A DNA stretch of 64,000 nucleotides from Myxococcales bacterium (GCA_047601445.1 JASGJH010000001.1:5248001-5312000), one strand, 5' to 3'. Counted from the stretch's first letter, positions 50,646-59,952 are shown. The notes: generated by a model not told the origin, from the letters alone. Numbers and translations are program-made.

Positions 50646-51524
50646 ATGGATGCCGCCGAGCTTCACTACGAGATGGTGCACACACGGGGCCTCACGTTCG
50701 AGGTCTCTACCCACGGCCGCGGTGACAAGCTAGCGCTGTTGCTGCACGGGTTTCCCGAGACGGCCCATTGCTGGCGCTATCAAATCCCGCTGCTCGAGCG
50801 GCTCGGCTACCGCGTGTGGGCGCCGAACATGCGCGGCTACGGACGCAGCGACAAACCTCGCGGTCGCGCGGCCTATCGAATGGATCACCTCGAGCAGGAC
50901 GTGACCGACCTGATCGACGCGAGCGGCGCGCGTTCCGTGTTGTTGATGGGGCACGACTGGGGCGGTGGCGTGGCCTGGAGCTACGCGAGCTACGGGGAGC
51001 GCCCCATCGAGCGTTTGGCCATCATGAACAGCCCACACCCGGCCATTTTCCAGCGCGAACTCATGCGCGGTCCCCAACTCCTGCGCTCCTGGTACATGCT
51101 GCTCTTCCAGCTGCCCTGGTTGCCCGAGCGCATGCTGCGCGCGAACGACTACGCCGCCCTGGTACGCGGCACCCGCGGCTGGGCCATCAACAAGCAGAAC
51201 TTCAGCGATCGCGACATGGACGTCCTGCGCGAAGGCTTGAGCCAGCCAGGCGCGCTCACGGCGATGCTCAACTACTATCGCGCGATGCCGAGCACGGTGC
51301 CGCTGATGCTCCGCCGCGGCGCGCGCAAGATCCGCGTTCCCACGCTGCTCTTGTGGGCAGAGCTCGACCGCGCGCTCGGCAAGGAGCTTACCGCGGGCAC
51401 CGAACGCTTCGTCGACAAGCTGCGCCTGGAGTTCGTCCCGAATGCATCCCACTGGGTGCAGCAGGATGCGCCCGAGGTCGTCAATCGCGCGCTCGAGGCG
51501 TGGCTTGCGAGCCCCGCCGGCTAG
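50646..51524 (+). CDS. Alpha/beta hydrolase (epoxide hydrolase-like)
   Basis: LHGFPE, RGYGRS, GHDWGG, NYYRA, SHWVQQD motifs. Confidence 0.9.
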   Translation: MDAAELHYEMVHTRGLTFEVSTHGRGDKLALLLHGFPETAHCWRYQIPLLERLGYRVWAPNMRGYGRSDKPRGRAAYRMDHLEQDVTDLIDASGARSVLLMGHDWGGGVAWSYASYGERPIERLAIMNSPHPAIFQRELMRGPQLLRSWYMLLFQLPWLPERMLRANDYAALVRGTRGWAINKQNFSDRDMDVLREGLSQPGALTAMLNYYRAMPSTVPLMLRRGARKIRVPTLLLWAELDRALGKELTAGTERFVDKLRLEFVPNASHWVQQDAPEVVNRALEAWLASPAG

Positions 51525-52996
51525 AAGTCGGGCCGCCGCAAGAGTCCGCTCTTGCTCTTGGAGCTCCGGCGACTGCTGCGACGCGCCGCGTTCTCGGGTG
51601 GCGCCTCGGGCTCGAGCGAGACGGCATAGCGACCGTCCATGGTGGAGTCGTGCATCACGCTCCACAGGCGCATGCCCGGGGCTTCGATGGTGATCTGGTG
51701 TTGTCCCGAGGCACGCGGGAGACGCAGCGGATTGTCGCTGGTCTCGCGGCCGTCGACCCGCACCTGCGCCCCGGGCGGCATGCCGTGGAGGTCGATGAGG
51801 ACCTCGGTCGGCGCCTCGGGCTTGGCCACGACAGGCGGCTCGATCACCGGGGGCGCGGCCTCTTCCTTGGCGCGCGCGGCGGGGCTCGGCTCCCCACCCG
51901 TGGTCACGAAAGCCAGCGCGGCCAGCGCCAGCACCAGCGCTACGGCACCGAAGCCCAGCGCGATGATGCGCTTGCGCAGCGGCGTGACCAGCTGCGGGAG
52001 GGCCTGCGTGGGATGCATCGATTCCAGGGTCGGACCCGCCGGCTGCGGCCAGGAGCTCAATGCGTCACCCGGAGCCGGCGGCGGCTCGATGCTCGGAGAG
52101 GGCTTGGGCTCGACGAAGCGCCTGGGAAGCGAGAACTCCTCGAGGTCGGGTTGGTCGTCGACCAAGTCGAGCACCGCCAGGCGCATCTCCTCGGCCGACT
52201 GGAAGCGGTCGTCGGGTTGGCGCGCCATGGCCTTGCCCACCAGGGCACTCACGGCTTCGCCGAGATCCGGGCGCAGAGACACCAGCGGAATCGGTAGCGC
52301 GTTGAGCACGGCCACGATCAAGTCGGCGGCGTTATCGGCCTGGAAGGGCAGGCGCCCAGCCAACGCCTCGTACATCACGACGCCGAGGCTGTAGATGTCG
52401 CTGCGCACGTCGGCCATGCGGCCACGGGCTTGCTCCGGGGACACGTACTCGGGCGTGCCCATCACGATGCCCTCGCGCGTGATGGTGTGGCCGGCGTTGC
52501 GCTCGGTGCTGCGCGAGACCCCGAAATCCAGCAGCTTGGGGAAGACGACGTCGTTGGGCCCCCGTACCAGGAAGATGTTTTCGGGCTTCATGTCGCGGTG
52601 AACCACGCCCGCCGCGTGCACGGCGGTCAAGCCCTGTAGGGTCTGGTCCATCAAGCGCAGGAAGGTCACCACGCCGAGCGGCTCGCCCACCACCATGCGC
52701 TCCGCCAGGGGCACGCCCGCGAGGAGCTCCATCACCAAATACGGGGCACCGCCTTCGGCGCCGAAGTCGCTGATATAGACGATGTTCTGGTGGCGAATCG
52801 AGGCGGCGATCTGGGCTTCGCGCTGGAAACGCTTAACAGCGCGCTCGGCCGCCGGCCCGCGCGCATCGAGGAGCTTGATGGCCACCTGCTGCTGCAGAGC
52901 GAGATGCTCCGCACGCCAAACGGTGCCCATGCCGCCAATCCCGAGCGGATGGACGAGCCGATACTTACCACCGACTACATCACCCGCGCGTGCCAT
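51521..52996 (-). CDS. Hanks-type Ser/Thr protein kinase with TM and PEGA-like C-terminus
   Basis: LGIGGMGTV, VAIK, HRDMKPEN, DFG, GTPEYVSPEQ and DIYSLG motifs. Confidence 0.95.
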   Translation of the reverse strand: MARAGDVVGGKYRLVHPLGIGGMGTVWRAEHLALQQQVAIKLLDARGPAAERAVKRFQREAQIAASIRHQNIVYISDFGAEGGAPYLVMELLAGVPLAERMVVGEPLGVVTFLRLMDQTLQGLTAVHAAGVVHRDMKPENIFLVRGPNDVVFPKLLDFGVSRSTERNAGHTITREGIVMGTPEYVSPEQARGRMADVRSDIYSLGVVMYEALAGRLPFQADNAADLIVAVLNALPIPLVSLRPDLGEAVSALVGKAMARQPDDRFQSAEEMRLAVLDLVDDQPDLEEFSLPRRFVEPKPSPSIEPPPAPGDALSSWPQPAGPTLESMHPTQALPQLVTPLRKRIIALGFGAVALVLALAALAFVTTGGEPSPAARAKEEAAPPVIEPPVVAKPEAPTEVLIDLHGMPPGAQVRVDGRETSDNPLRLPRASGQHQITIEAPGMRLWSVMHDSTMDGRYAVSLEPEAPPENAARRSSRRSSKSKSGLLRRPDF

Positions 52997-53079
52997 GCCG
53001 AAGCTCGTTGTCCACGTCTTTCCATTCTAGCGAGGGCCTAGGTTACCATGGCTCCCTCGTAGGGAGCGTCACTGAGGCA

Positions 53080-53892
53080 ATGGCACGAACGTGGGAAAGC
53101 TTGCAAAGCAGTCGACAAGTGCTGGCGTTCGCCCTCGGCCTGTGTGTGGCCCTATGGGCGCTGGCACCACAGCCCAGCGCTCACGCGCAGAGCACGCAAG
53201 AGACGGCCATGGCGCGCGCCCTCTTCGAGGAGGGCGTGAAACTGGCCGATCAGGCCAAGTGGCCCGAAGCCGTGGACCGCTTCCGGCGCGCCCAGTCCCT
53301 GAAGCCTACCCCCGCGATCGCCTTTAATTTGGCCTGCGCGCTCGCCGAGAATGGCCAGCTCGTGGAAGCCTCGGAAATGCTCGAAGCGCTGGCGCGGGAG
53401 CCCAGTGCCCCGGCGGATCTCAAGCATGAGTCCGAGGCCAAGCTCGCCGAGATCGGCCCCAAGCGCGCATACCTGACGCTCAACGTGGAGGGCGCTCCGA
53501 GCGAGGCCAAGGTGGAGGTCGATGGTCACGAGTGGCCCCGCGCGGGCTGGGGCGTGGCCTCTCCGGTCGATCCGGGCAACCATGCCGTGGTCGGCAAGAC
53601 CGGGGACGTGGAAGCCACTCGGGAGGAGTTCGCCGTGCTGGCCTCCGAGCGCAAGGAGCTCACGCTGAGCTGGCCCAGCGCCGCACCGCTCGTGGAGACG
53701 TCCGCGCCCGCTCCAGTCGTGCCGGCACCGACGAAGAGCGAGCGCAAGCCGCTATACAAGAACTGGATCCTCTGGACCTGCGTGGGCGCGGCCATCGCGG
53801 GCGGCGTGGTGGCCGGCGTCGTGGTCGGGTCCAAGGGAGACAAGACCACGGAACCGCCCGTGCAGGGCAATGCGGGGACCATCCGATGGTGA
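53080..53892 (+). CDS. TPR + PEGA-like exported/membrane protein
   Basis: Signal ending AHA-Q; ARALFEEG..FNLACAL TPR; VEVDG..PVDPGNH PEGA-like; PLYKNWILW TM. Confidence 0.78.
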   Translation: MARTWESLQSSRQVLAFALGLCVALWALAPQPSAHAQSTQETAMARALFEEGVKLADQAKWPEAVDRFRRAQSLKPTPAIAFNLACALAENGQLVEASEMLEALAREPSAPADLKHESEAKLAEIGPKRAYLTLNVEGAPSEAKVEVDGHEWPRAGWGVASPVDPGNHAVVGKTGDVEATREEFAVLASERKELTLSWPSAAPLVETSAPAPVVPAPTKSERKPLYKNWILWTCVGAAIAGGVVAGVVVGSKGDKTTEPPVQGNAGTIRW

Positions 53893-54638
53893 GCGCGAAA
53901 CGATCTCTGCTGCACGCGGGTGCGCGCTGGTTGGCGCTCGCCCTTTCTTGCGGGGTTTGGACCGGCTGCGAGAACCAGACCGAGGCCCGCACCGAGCTGC
54001 TGCTCGTCGCCGACACCGATGTGGCGGCCCCAAACACGATTCACTTCGAGGTCTCGGGCCCCGAGGGCACGGCGAAGCGCGTCGAGACCGAAGACGGTGA
54101 GTACAAGAGCACCGACGAGCTGCCGCAGACCGTGGCCCTGGTGTACACGGAGGGCGAGCTCGGTCCGTTCACGGTGACCTCGAGCATCGTGGCCGGAAAC
54201 GTCACCATCAAGCGCACCCACATCGTCGACTTTGTGCCGGGCAAGACCCTCCTGGTGCCGCTGCATTTGGCCAGCGCCTGCACCCGCGAATGCCCCGGAC
54301 AGACCTGCGATGAGGACGGCCGCTGCGTGCCCGAGGAACTCGAAAACCTCGTGACCTACACGCGCAAGCCCGAGCGCGTGTTCTCCACCATGGACGGGGG
54401 CAGCGAGATGCCTCCGATGGACTCAGGCACCGAGCAGGACTCGGGCTCCACGCCCGTGGATGGCTCCACCCCCGTGGCCGACGCTGGAGCCGACGCAGGC
54501 TCCGACGCTGGCGTGCAGGACATCCGCATCTGCAATGGTATGGAAGTCGACGTGCTGACCAACAAAGATTTCTGCGGCAGCTGCACCAAGAAGTGCAACG
54601 GCGCTGGCAGGATATGCGTCGCCGGAATGTGTAAGTAG
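53886..54638 (+). CDS. Hypothetical lipoprotein with Cys-rich C-terminus
   Basis: Lipobox WTGC; ELLLVADTD; DAG/DSG linker; terminal FCGSC..C..C..GMC. Confidence 0.72.
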   Translation: MVSAKRSLLHAGARWLALALSCGVWTGCENQTEARTELLLVADTDVAAPNTIHFEVSGPEGTAKRVETEDGEYKSTDELPQTVALVYTEGELGPFTVTSSIVAGNVTIKRTHIVDFVPGKTLLVPLHLASACTRECPGQTCDEDGRCVPEELENLVTYTRKPERVFSTMDGGSEMPPMDSGTEQDSGSTPVDGSTPVADAGADAGSDAGVQDIRICNGMEVDVLTNKDFCGSCTKKCNGAGRICVAGMCK

Positions 54639-54655
54639 CGAGCGGGAGCAAGCTC

Positions 54656-55667
54656 GTGCATCTCAAACGCTTCACTTTCAATCTGTGGCTTGCGCTGTGG
54701 TTCGCCTGGAGCGGCTGCAGCGGCGCGCAAAACCGGGCTCCGCAGGCCCCCATTCCACCTCCCGTGGCCCCGGCTACCGCGCCGGCTGCCAAGGTGCGGC
54801 CCACGCCCGGGCTCTTCCTGTACGCGGTGCAGGGCCCGCACGGTGTCTCGCACTTGCTCGGCACGATGCACGTGGGCTTCGGCTTCGAAGAGGTCCTCAC
54901 GGACGAAGCACGAGCGCGCTTTCATGACGCAGAGCGCGTGATGCTCGAGGCCGACGTGAGCACGGCCGATCCCAACATGATGCGCGCGCGGGCGATGCTG
55001 CCGGACGGGCAATCCCTGCGCATGCTGCTCGGTGAGCCGAGCTGGAAGGCATTGGTGGATCGCCTGGGAGCACAGAATCCCACCGCTTTTCATGGAGCAC
55101 TTGAAGCCCTGGCTGCCGGCCGTGACCCTGGGTTTGCTCGACCTCGAGGGCGCCCTGCACGAGCTCAAGCCCGATGCCACCAACCACATGATGGATCTGG
55201 AAGTGATGGCGGTGGCACGCGCGGAGCGAAAGCAGCTGTTGTTCCTGGAGACCATCGACGAGCAGCTCGCCATGTTCGATCAGGTCCCGCTGGATGAGCA
55301 GATCGGAGAGCTGCGCCGGACCCTCTCGGAAGGCTCGAGCCTGCAGGGCAAGAGCATGCTGCGGGCGTTCGCCGACGGCGACGAAGCCGCCCTCACCGAG
55401 AGCTTGTTCGAGCCCGATCAGGTGGCTCAGGCTCCCGGTTTTTTCGATGTCGTGCTGAATCAGCGCAATGCGCGCTGGTTGCCGGTGCTCGAACGTGAGA
55501 TCGCACGCGGCCAGGCCTTCGTGGCGGTGGGCGCCGCGCACCTCCTCGGCGATCGCGGCATCCTGGCCCAACTACGCCAACGAGGGTACGTGGTCACCCG
55601 GGTCGGCCTGCCGACTCCCCGCCTGAGCTCAGAGATGACACCTGGTCCCGTTCCCAGCCCGGGATAA
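54656..55667 (+). pseudogene. TraB/GumN family protein split by a 1-nt insertion (pseudogene or sequencing error)
   Basis: HLLGTMH..LE in one frame; LKPW..LETIDEQ..RNARW..FVAVGAAHLLG in the next; removing one A at about 55076 gives LGAQIPPLFMEHLKPW. Confidence 0.8.
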
Positions 55668-55805
55668 TCGGATCGTTCGTTTCGTGCGTTTTTTCGACGT
55701 GAGGCTTGTTCGTCTCCAGCCACTTCGCTACGGTCGGGCCGCAACGTCGTCGGCCTCCCTCGTGGTAGGCGCAGACGCCTCACGAATCACCAAGGGAGGG
55801 ACACA

Positions 55806-56009
55806 ATGAAGAGCAAGATGCTGTTGGTGGCCGCGCTGGGACTCGGTCTGTTCGCTGGTTGCGCAAAGAAGGCCGCTGAGCCCGAGGCTTCCGCCGAGGC
55901 CGCCTCCGGTTCCGAGACCGCCGCCGCCGAGAGCACGGAGGCGCCCGTCGCCGAGGCCACCGACGCCCCCGCGGCCGAGGGCGAAGCCGTCAGCGACGCC
56001 ACGCCATGA
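55806..56009 (+). CDS. Small acidic Ala/Glu-rich lipoprotein
   Basis: AGGGAGG SD; MKSK signal; lipobox FAGC; low-complexity mature region. Confidence 0.75.
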   Translation: MKSKMLLVAALGLGLFAGCAKKAAEPEASAEAASGSETAAAESTEAPVAEATDAPAAEGEAVSDATP

Positions 56010-56117
56010 GGCGTGCGCGCGTTGGTGCATTGCTCGTGAGTTGAACTCCGAGCGAACCTCTCGGTTTGCTCGTGGGGGCACCCGCCCGCTTCGACCGCCG
56101 ACGCGCTCAGGAACGAA

Positions 56118-56157
56118 GAAAGCCGCCTCACGACAAGCGTGGCGGCTTTCGTGTTTT
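56118..56157 (+). terminator. Putative intrinsic terminator, possibly bidirectional
   Basis: GAAAGCCGCC/GGCGGCTTTC 10-bp stem followed by GTGTTTT, between convergent genes. Confidence 0.6.
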
Positions 56158-56187
56158 CGGAGTCCCGCTGCGGGCCGCCCGAGCCGT

Positions 56188-56478
56188 TCAGTCGAGGACG
56201 CCGAGCACGTCAGTCTCACGCAGGATCAGGTGCTCCTCGTCGCCGATCTTCACCTCGGTCCCGTCGTAGCGCCCGAACAGCACGCGCTGCCCGGCGCGCA
56301 GCAAGAGCTCACGCCGCGAGCCATCGCGGCGCACCGCGCCCGGTCCCACGGCTACCACCACGCCCTCGAGCGGCTTCTCCTTGGCGGTCTCGGGGATGAT
56401 GATGCCCCCCTTCGTCTTCGACTCCGAAGCCACTCGCTTCACCAGCACGCGATCATTCAACGGGCGCACCTTCGACAC
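56188..56478 (-). CDS. groES: Co-chaperonin GroES
   Basis: [51 protein letters not shown] before GTG. Confidence 0.95.
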   Translation of the reverse strand: MSKVRPLNDRVLVKRVASESKTKGGIIIPETAKEKPLEGVVVAVGPGAVRRDGSRRELLLRAGQRVLFGRYDGTEVKIGDEEHLILRETDVLGVLD

Positions 56479-56590
56479 GGCAATCCTCCTGGCTCGAGAG
56501 TGCACCGTGAAACAGCCGCGCGCGCGCGTCAATAGGTGTCACAAGGGCCGCGCTGCTGCGTATTAAGGAGTACGAGGTCGCAAGCACTAT

Positions 56591-56645
56591 CGTGAGCGAA
56601 GCAAGTCTCGCCGTGGGGTGGGCCCGGGCGCGACTGACCTCCCCG
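56591..56645 (+). repeat. Internally deleted copy of the REP-like element
   Basis: CGTGAGCGAAGC..CTCGCCGTGGGGTGGGCCC.GGCGCG joined to TGACCTCCCCG. Confidence 0.7.
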
Positions 56646-56705
56646 TACAACGAGATGCGGGCCGGCTTGCTCACTCTGCGCTATGGCCCAGCCCAAAGGA
56701 GTTCG

Positions 56706-58157
56706 ATGTCCGTGCAGCGTCTCAGTTCCTCGAGGGCGCGCCGCCTCCGTGTCGGATGGCAAAGCATGACCTTGGTGGTCTCGCTGACGGGCTGCGTCTC
56801 ATCTTCGATCCAAACGGACCTCTCACGTGTGCGCACATTGTCCAAGTCGGAGGCTCCCCTGCCCGCGCTGCCCACCGGCAAGGTGACGCCCGAGGTGGTC
56901 GCGGACACGGACGAGCTGCTCAAGCAGCCGCTCGACGTGGAGCGCGCCGTGCGCGTGGCCATCTTGAACAACCGGGACCTGCGCGCGCGTCTGCGCGCCC
57001 TGGGCGTGGAGCGCGGTCAGCTGATGCAGGCGGGGCTGCTCAAGAACCCCACGCTCGAGGCCGAAGTGGCCCCCGAGCGCAACTCGCGCGTCGAGGTGCG
57101 AACCGAATACGACGTGATGAGCTTCGTGTTGACCCCGCTGCGCAAGCAGGCGGCCGCACGCGAGCTGGAGGCCGCGCGCTTCGACGCGGCGGGCGACGTG
57201 GTGGAGCTCGGCTATGAAGTGCGCAGCGCGTTCTACGCATTGGCGGCCGCCGAGCAGCGCGTGCGCATGGCAAGCCTGAGCCTGGACGCGCTGGCGGCGG
57301 GTCGCGACGCCGCGCAGGCCCTGTTCGACGCAGGCAACATCAACCAGCTGGACGCCTCCACCCAGATCTCTGCCTTCGAGCGCGCCCGCGTGATCGTGGC
57401 CAAGCTCGAGCTCGAGGCGATCGAGCGGCGCGAGCACATGCAGCGCCTGCTCGGGTTGTTCGGGCGTGCGACGCAGTGGAGCCTGGCCTCCGAGCTCGCG
57501 GTGGTGCCGGAGACGCCCGAGCTGGCGGAGGATTTGGAGGCCCGCGCCATCGAGGCCAGTCTGGATCGGCGTGCACAGGAGCAACAACTCGAGGCATTGG
57601 CCAAGCGCGCTGGCATCGCGCGTACTGAGGGTTGGCTACCGCGCCTCGACGTCGATGTGCACACCTTGGTGGGAGATCCGCTCTCCAGCACCGAGAACCA
57701 GCTCCGCTGGGGCGGTGGTGTGGGACTCGACGTGCCGCTGTTCGATCGTCAGCAGGGCCTGGTGCGCGCCATCAAAGCAGAGCTCGACAGTCGGCTCGAG
57801 CAATACCAGGGGCTCGGCATCGAGCTGCGCTCCAAGGCCCGCGAAGTGAGCGCACGCGTGGTCTCGGCGCACCGCAGGGCGCGCCTGTATCAGAGCGTGA
57901 TCGTGCCCGCCCAGGCCAAGGTCATGGAGCACACGGTCTTGCAGTACAACGCCATGCAGGTAGGCGTGTTCCAGCTGCTCGAGGCGCGCCGGGGCGAGCT
58001 CGAAGTGGCGCTCGACTACACGGAGACCCTACGCGAGTACTGGACGGCGCGCGCCGAGCTCGACGCGCTGCTCGCGGGACGCGTGGTGCACGAGGAAGAC
58101 GCAGACGAAGAGATGCCGAGCTTCGAGCATGGTGCCAGCGCACGGGGAGGACACTGA
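56706..58157 (+). CDS. TolC-family outer membrane lipoprotein (copper-resistance associated)
   Basis: AAGGAG SD; LTGC lipobox; AVRVAILNN, QAGLLKNP, VPLFD, YNAMQVGVFQLL motifs; adjacent to the MCO. Confidence 0.85.
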   Translation: MSVQRLSSSRARRLRVGWQSMTLVVSLTGCVSSSIQTDLSRVRTLSKSEAPLPALPTGKVTPEVVADTDELLKQPLDVERAVRVAILNNRDLRARLRALGVERGQLMQAGLLKNPTLEAEVAPERNSRVEVRTEYDVMSFVLTPLRKQAAARELEAARFDAAGDVVELGYEVRSAFYALAAAEQRVRMASLSLDALAAGRDAAQALFDAGNINQLDASTQISAFERARVIVAKLELEAIERREHMQRLLGLFGRATQWSLASELAVVPETPELAEDLEARAIEASLDRRAQEQQLEALAKRAGIARTEGWLPRLDVDVHTLVGDPLSSTENQLRWGGGVGLDVPLFDRQQGLVRAIKAELDSRLEQYQGLGIELRSKAREVSARVVSAHRRARLYQSVIVPAQAKVMEHTVLQYNAMQVGVFQLLEARRGELEVALDYTETLREYWTARAELDALLAGRVVHEEDADEEMPSFEHGASARGGH

Positions 58158-58159
58158 AG

Positions 58160-59572
58160 ATGGATCGCCGCAAGTTCATCCGCTTCTCCTCGCTTGCCGC
58201 CAGCGCCGCCCTGCTCGCCAAGACGCGCAACGCGAACGCGCAAGATCACGCGGGCCACCAACACCACCAACACCAACAGCCCGCCACGCCCGGCGCGGCC
58301 AATCCGCACGCCGGTCACGCGCGCTCGAGCACCGCGCGTCCACCCGCGCAGGTGGCGCCCGCCACGCCCATCGACGTCGCGCGACTGCCCGAGGCAGGCA
58401 ACGTGCCGGCTGTGATCACGCCCAACGGCAGCACGCTGCCCTTTCGCATGGTGGACGGGGTCAAGGTCGCCCATTTGATCGCCGCACCCGTGCAGCACGA
58501 GTTCGCACCCGGATTGAGCGCCGAGTGCTGGGGCTACAACGGCAGTACGCCCGGGCCCACGATCGAAGCCGTCGAGGGCGACCGCCTGCGCATCCACGTC
58601 ACCAACCGCTTGCCCGAGCCCACCACCGTGCACTGGCACGGGCTCATCGTGCCCAACGGCCAGGACGGCGTGTCGGGGCTCAACCAGCGGCCGATCCAGG
58701 TGGGCGAGACCCACACCTACGAGTTCACGGTCAAGCACGCGGGCACCTTCATGTACCACTCGCACTTCGACGAGATGACGCAGATCGCGCTCGGCATGGC
58801 GGGCATGTTCGTGGTGCACCCCAAGCGACCGCGGGGCCCCAAGGTCGACCGGGACTTCGTCATGATGGCCCACGAGTGGCGCGTGGACGTGGGGGCCAAG
58901 CGACCCAACCCCAACGAGATGAGCGACTTCAACGTGCTCACCTTCAACAGCAAATCCTTTCCCGCCACCCAGCCGCTCTTGATGCGCACGGGCGAGCGCG
59001 TGCGCATTCGGCTCGGCAACTTGAGCCCCATGGAGCACCATCCGGTCCACCTGCATGGGCTCAACTTCGTGGTCACCGAGACCGACGGCGGCGCCGTGCC
59101 CAAGTCGGCCCAGTACCCGGAGACCACCGTGCTCGTCCACGTGGGTTCCACGCGCGTGATCGAGTTCGTGCCCAGCGAGCCCGGGGATTGGGCCATGCAT
59201 TGCCACATGACCCACCACACCATGACGCAGATGGGACACGACCTCCCCGTGATGCTCGGCGTGAACACGCAACAGCTCGATCAGCGCATGAGCAAGTTGG
59301 TGCCCGAATACATGAGCATGGGCACCGAAGGCATGGGCGGCATGGGCGAGATGGAGATGCCGATCCCGGAGAACAGCTTGCCCATGCGCGGCGCACCCGG
59401 GCCCTTCGGGTACATCGACATGGGCGGCATGTTCACGTTCTTGAAGGTGCGCGACAAGCTCACGCCCGAGGACCTCACGGGCTTCTATCGCTACCCCGAG
59501 GGCTCCGTGGCCACCAAAGCCGACCCGGCACGGCTCGCCGCAGACGGCATCGACGTGAACCGCAAGATCTGA
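58160..59572 (+). CDS. Multicopper oxidase (Tat-exported)
   Basis: MDRRKFI Tat signal; HWHG, MYHSH, HPVHLHG and HCHMTHH Cu motifs; His-rich N-terminus; Met-rich C-terminus. Confidence 0.93.
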   Translation: MDRRKFIRFSSLAASAALLAKTRNANAQDHAGHQHHQHQQPATPGAANPHAGHARSSTARPPAQVAPATPIDVARLPEAGNVPAVITPNGSTLPFRMVDGVKVAHLIAAPVQHEFAPGLSAECWGYNGSTPGPTIEAVEGDRLRIHVTNRLPEPTTVHWHGLIVPNGQDGVSGLNQRPIQVGETHTYEFTVKHAGTFMYHSHFDEMTQIALGMAGMFVVHPKRPRGPKVDRDFVMMAHEWRVDVGAKRPNPNEMSDFNVLTFNSKSFPATQPLLMRTGERVRIRLGNLSPMEHHPVHLHGLNFVVTETDGGAVPKSAQYPETTVLVHVGSTRVIEFVPSEPGDWAMHCHMTHHTMTQMGHDLPVMLGVNTQQLDQRMSKLVPEYMSMGTEGMGGMGEMEMPIPENSLPMRGAPGPFGYIDMGGMFTFLKVRDKLTPEDLTGFYRYPEGSVATKADPARLAADGIDVNRKI

Positions 59573-59781
59573 GCGCGACGAACGCGAAAGCGCGCCGGGG
59601 GCTCGGGCGGTTCGGGCTCGGGATCGTGGATGGGAATGGGCGCGGGCGGATCCGGATTCGGGATCGCAGGTGGACTCGGATCGGGCCGCGGTTCCGGACT
59701 TGGCTCGGGACCAGGCTCGGGCGTAGGCAGCGGAATGGGATCCGGAAACGGCCCTGGCAACGGTGTAGTCGGATCTTCCAT
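59491..59781 (-). CDS. Possible small Pro-rich protein
   Basis: PDP/PEP repeats encoded with varied Pro codons; 3' end overlaps the MCO gene by 82 nt; no clear SD. Confidence 0.4.
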   Translation of the reverse strand: MEDPTTPLPGPFPDPIPLPTPEPGPEPSPEPRPDPSPPAIPNPDPPAPIPIHDPEPEPPEPPARFRVRRAQILRFTSMPSAASRAGSALVATEPSG

Positions 59782-59952
59782 GACCACCGCGTAGGTGTGC
59801 GCGAAGGTGTCCGGGGCAAGTTGCGCGTGCTTCCGAGATCACTGTGAAAATGCCGCTAGAATGGGCACGAAAGATTGGCTGCCATGCTGATCGGAGACGC
59901 GCGTGACCGCTTTTCGTAGATCCGAGCACGCAGCCTCGGCTAGGGATGGAGG

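Noticed and set aside
55060..55095. Programmed ribosomal frameshift in the TraB/GumN gene
   Set aside because: No canonical slippery heptamer, and the identical +A lesion in the GT4 gene points to a sequencing artefact or mutation
57632..58159. N-terminal extension of the multicopper oxidase, and similar extensions on ORFs 8758-9807, 43879-45234, 29448-31010 and 53532-54638
   Set aside because: They overlap upstream genes; the true starts are marked by a Tat or lipoprotein signal, an SD or a stop/start overlap
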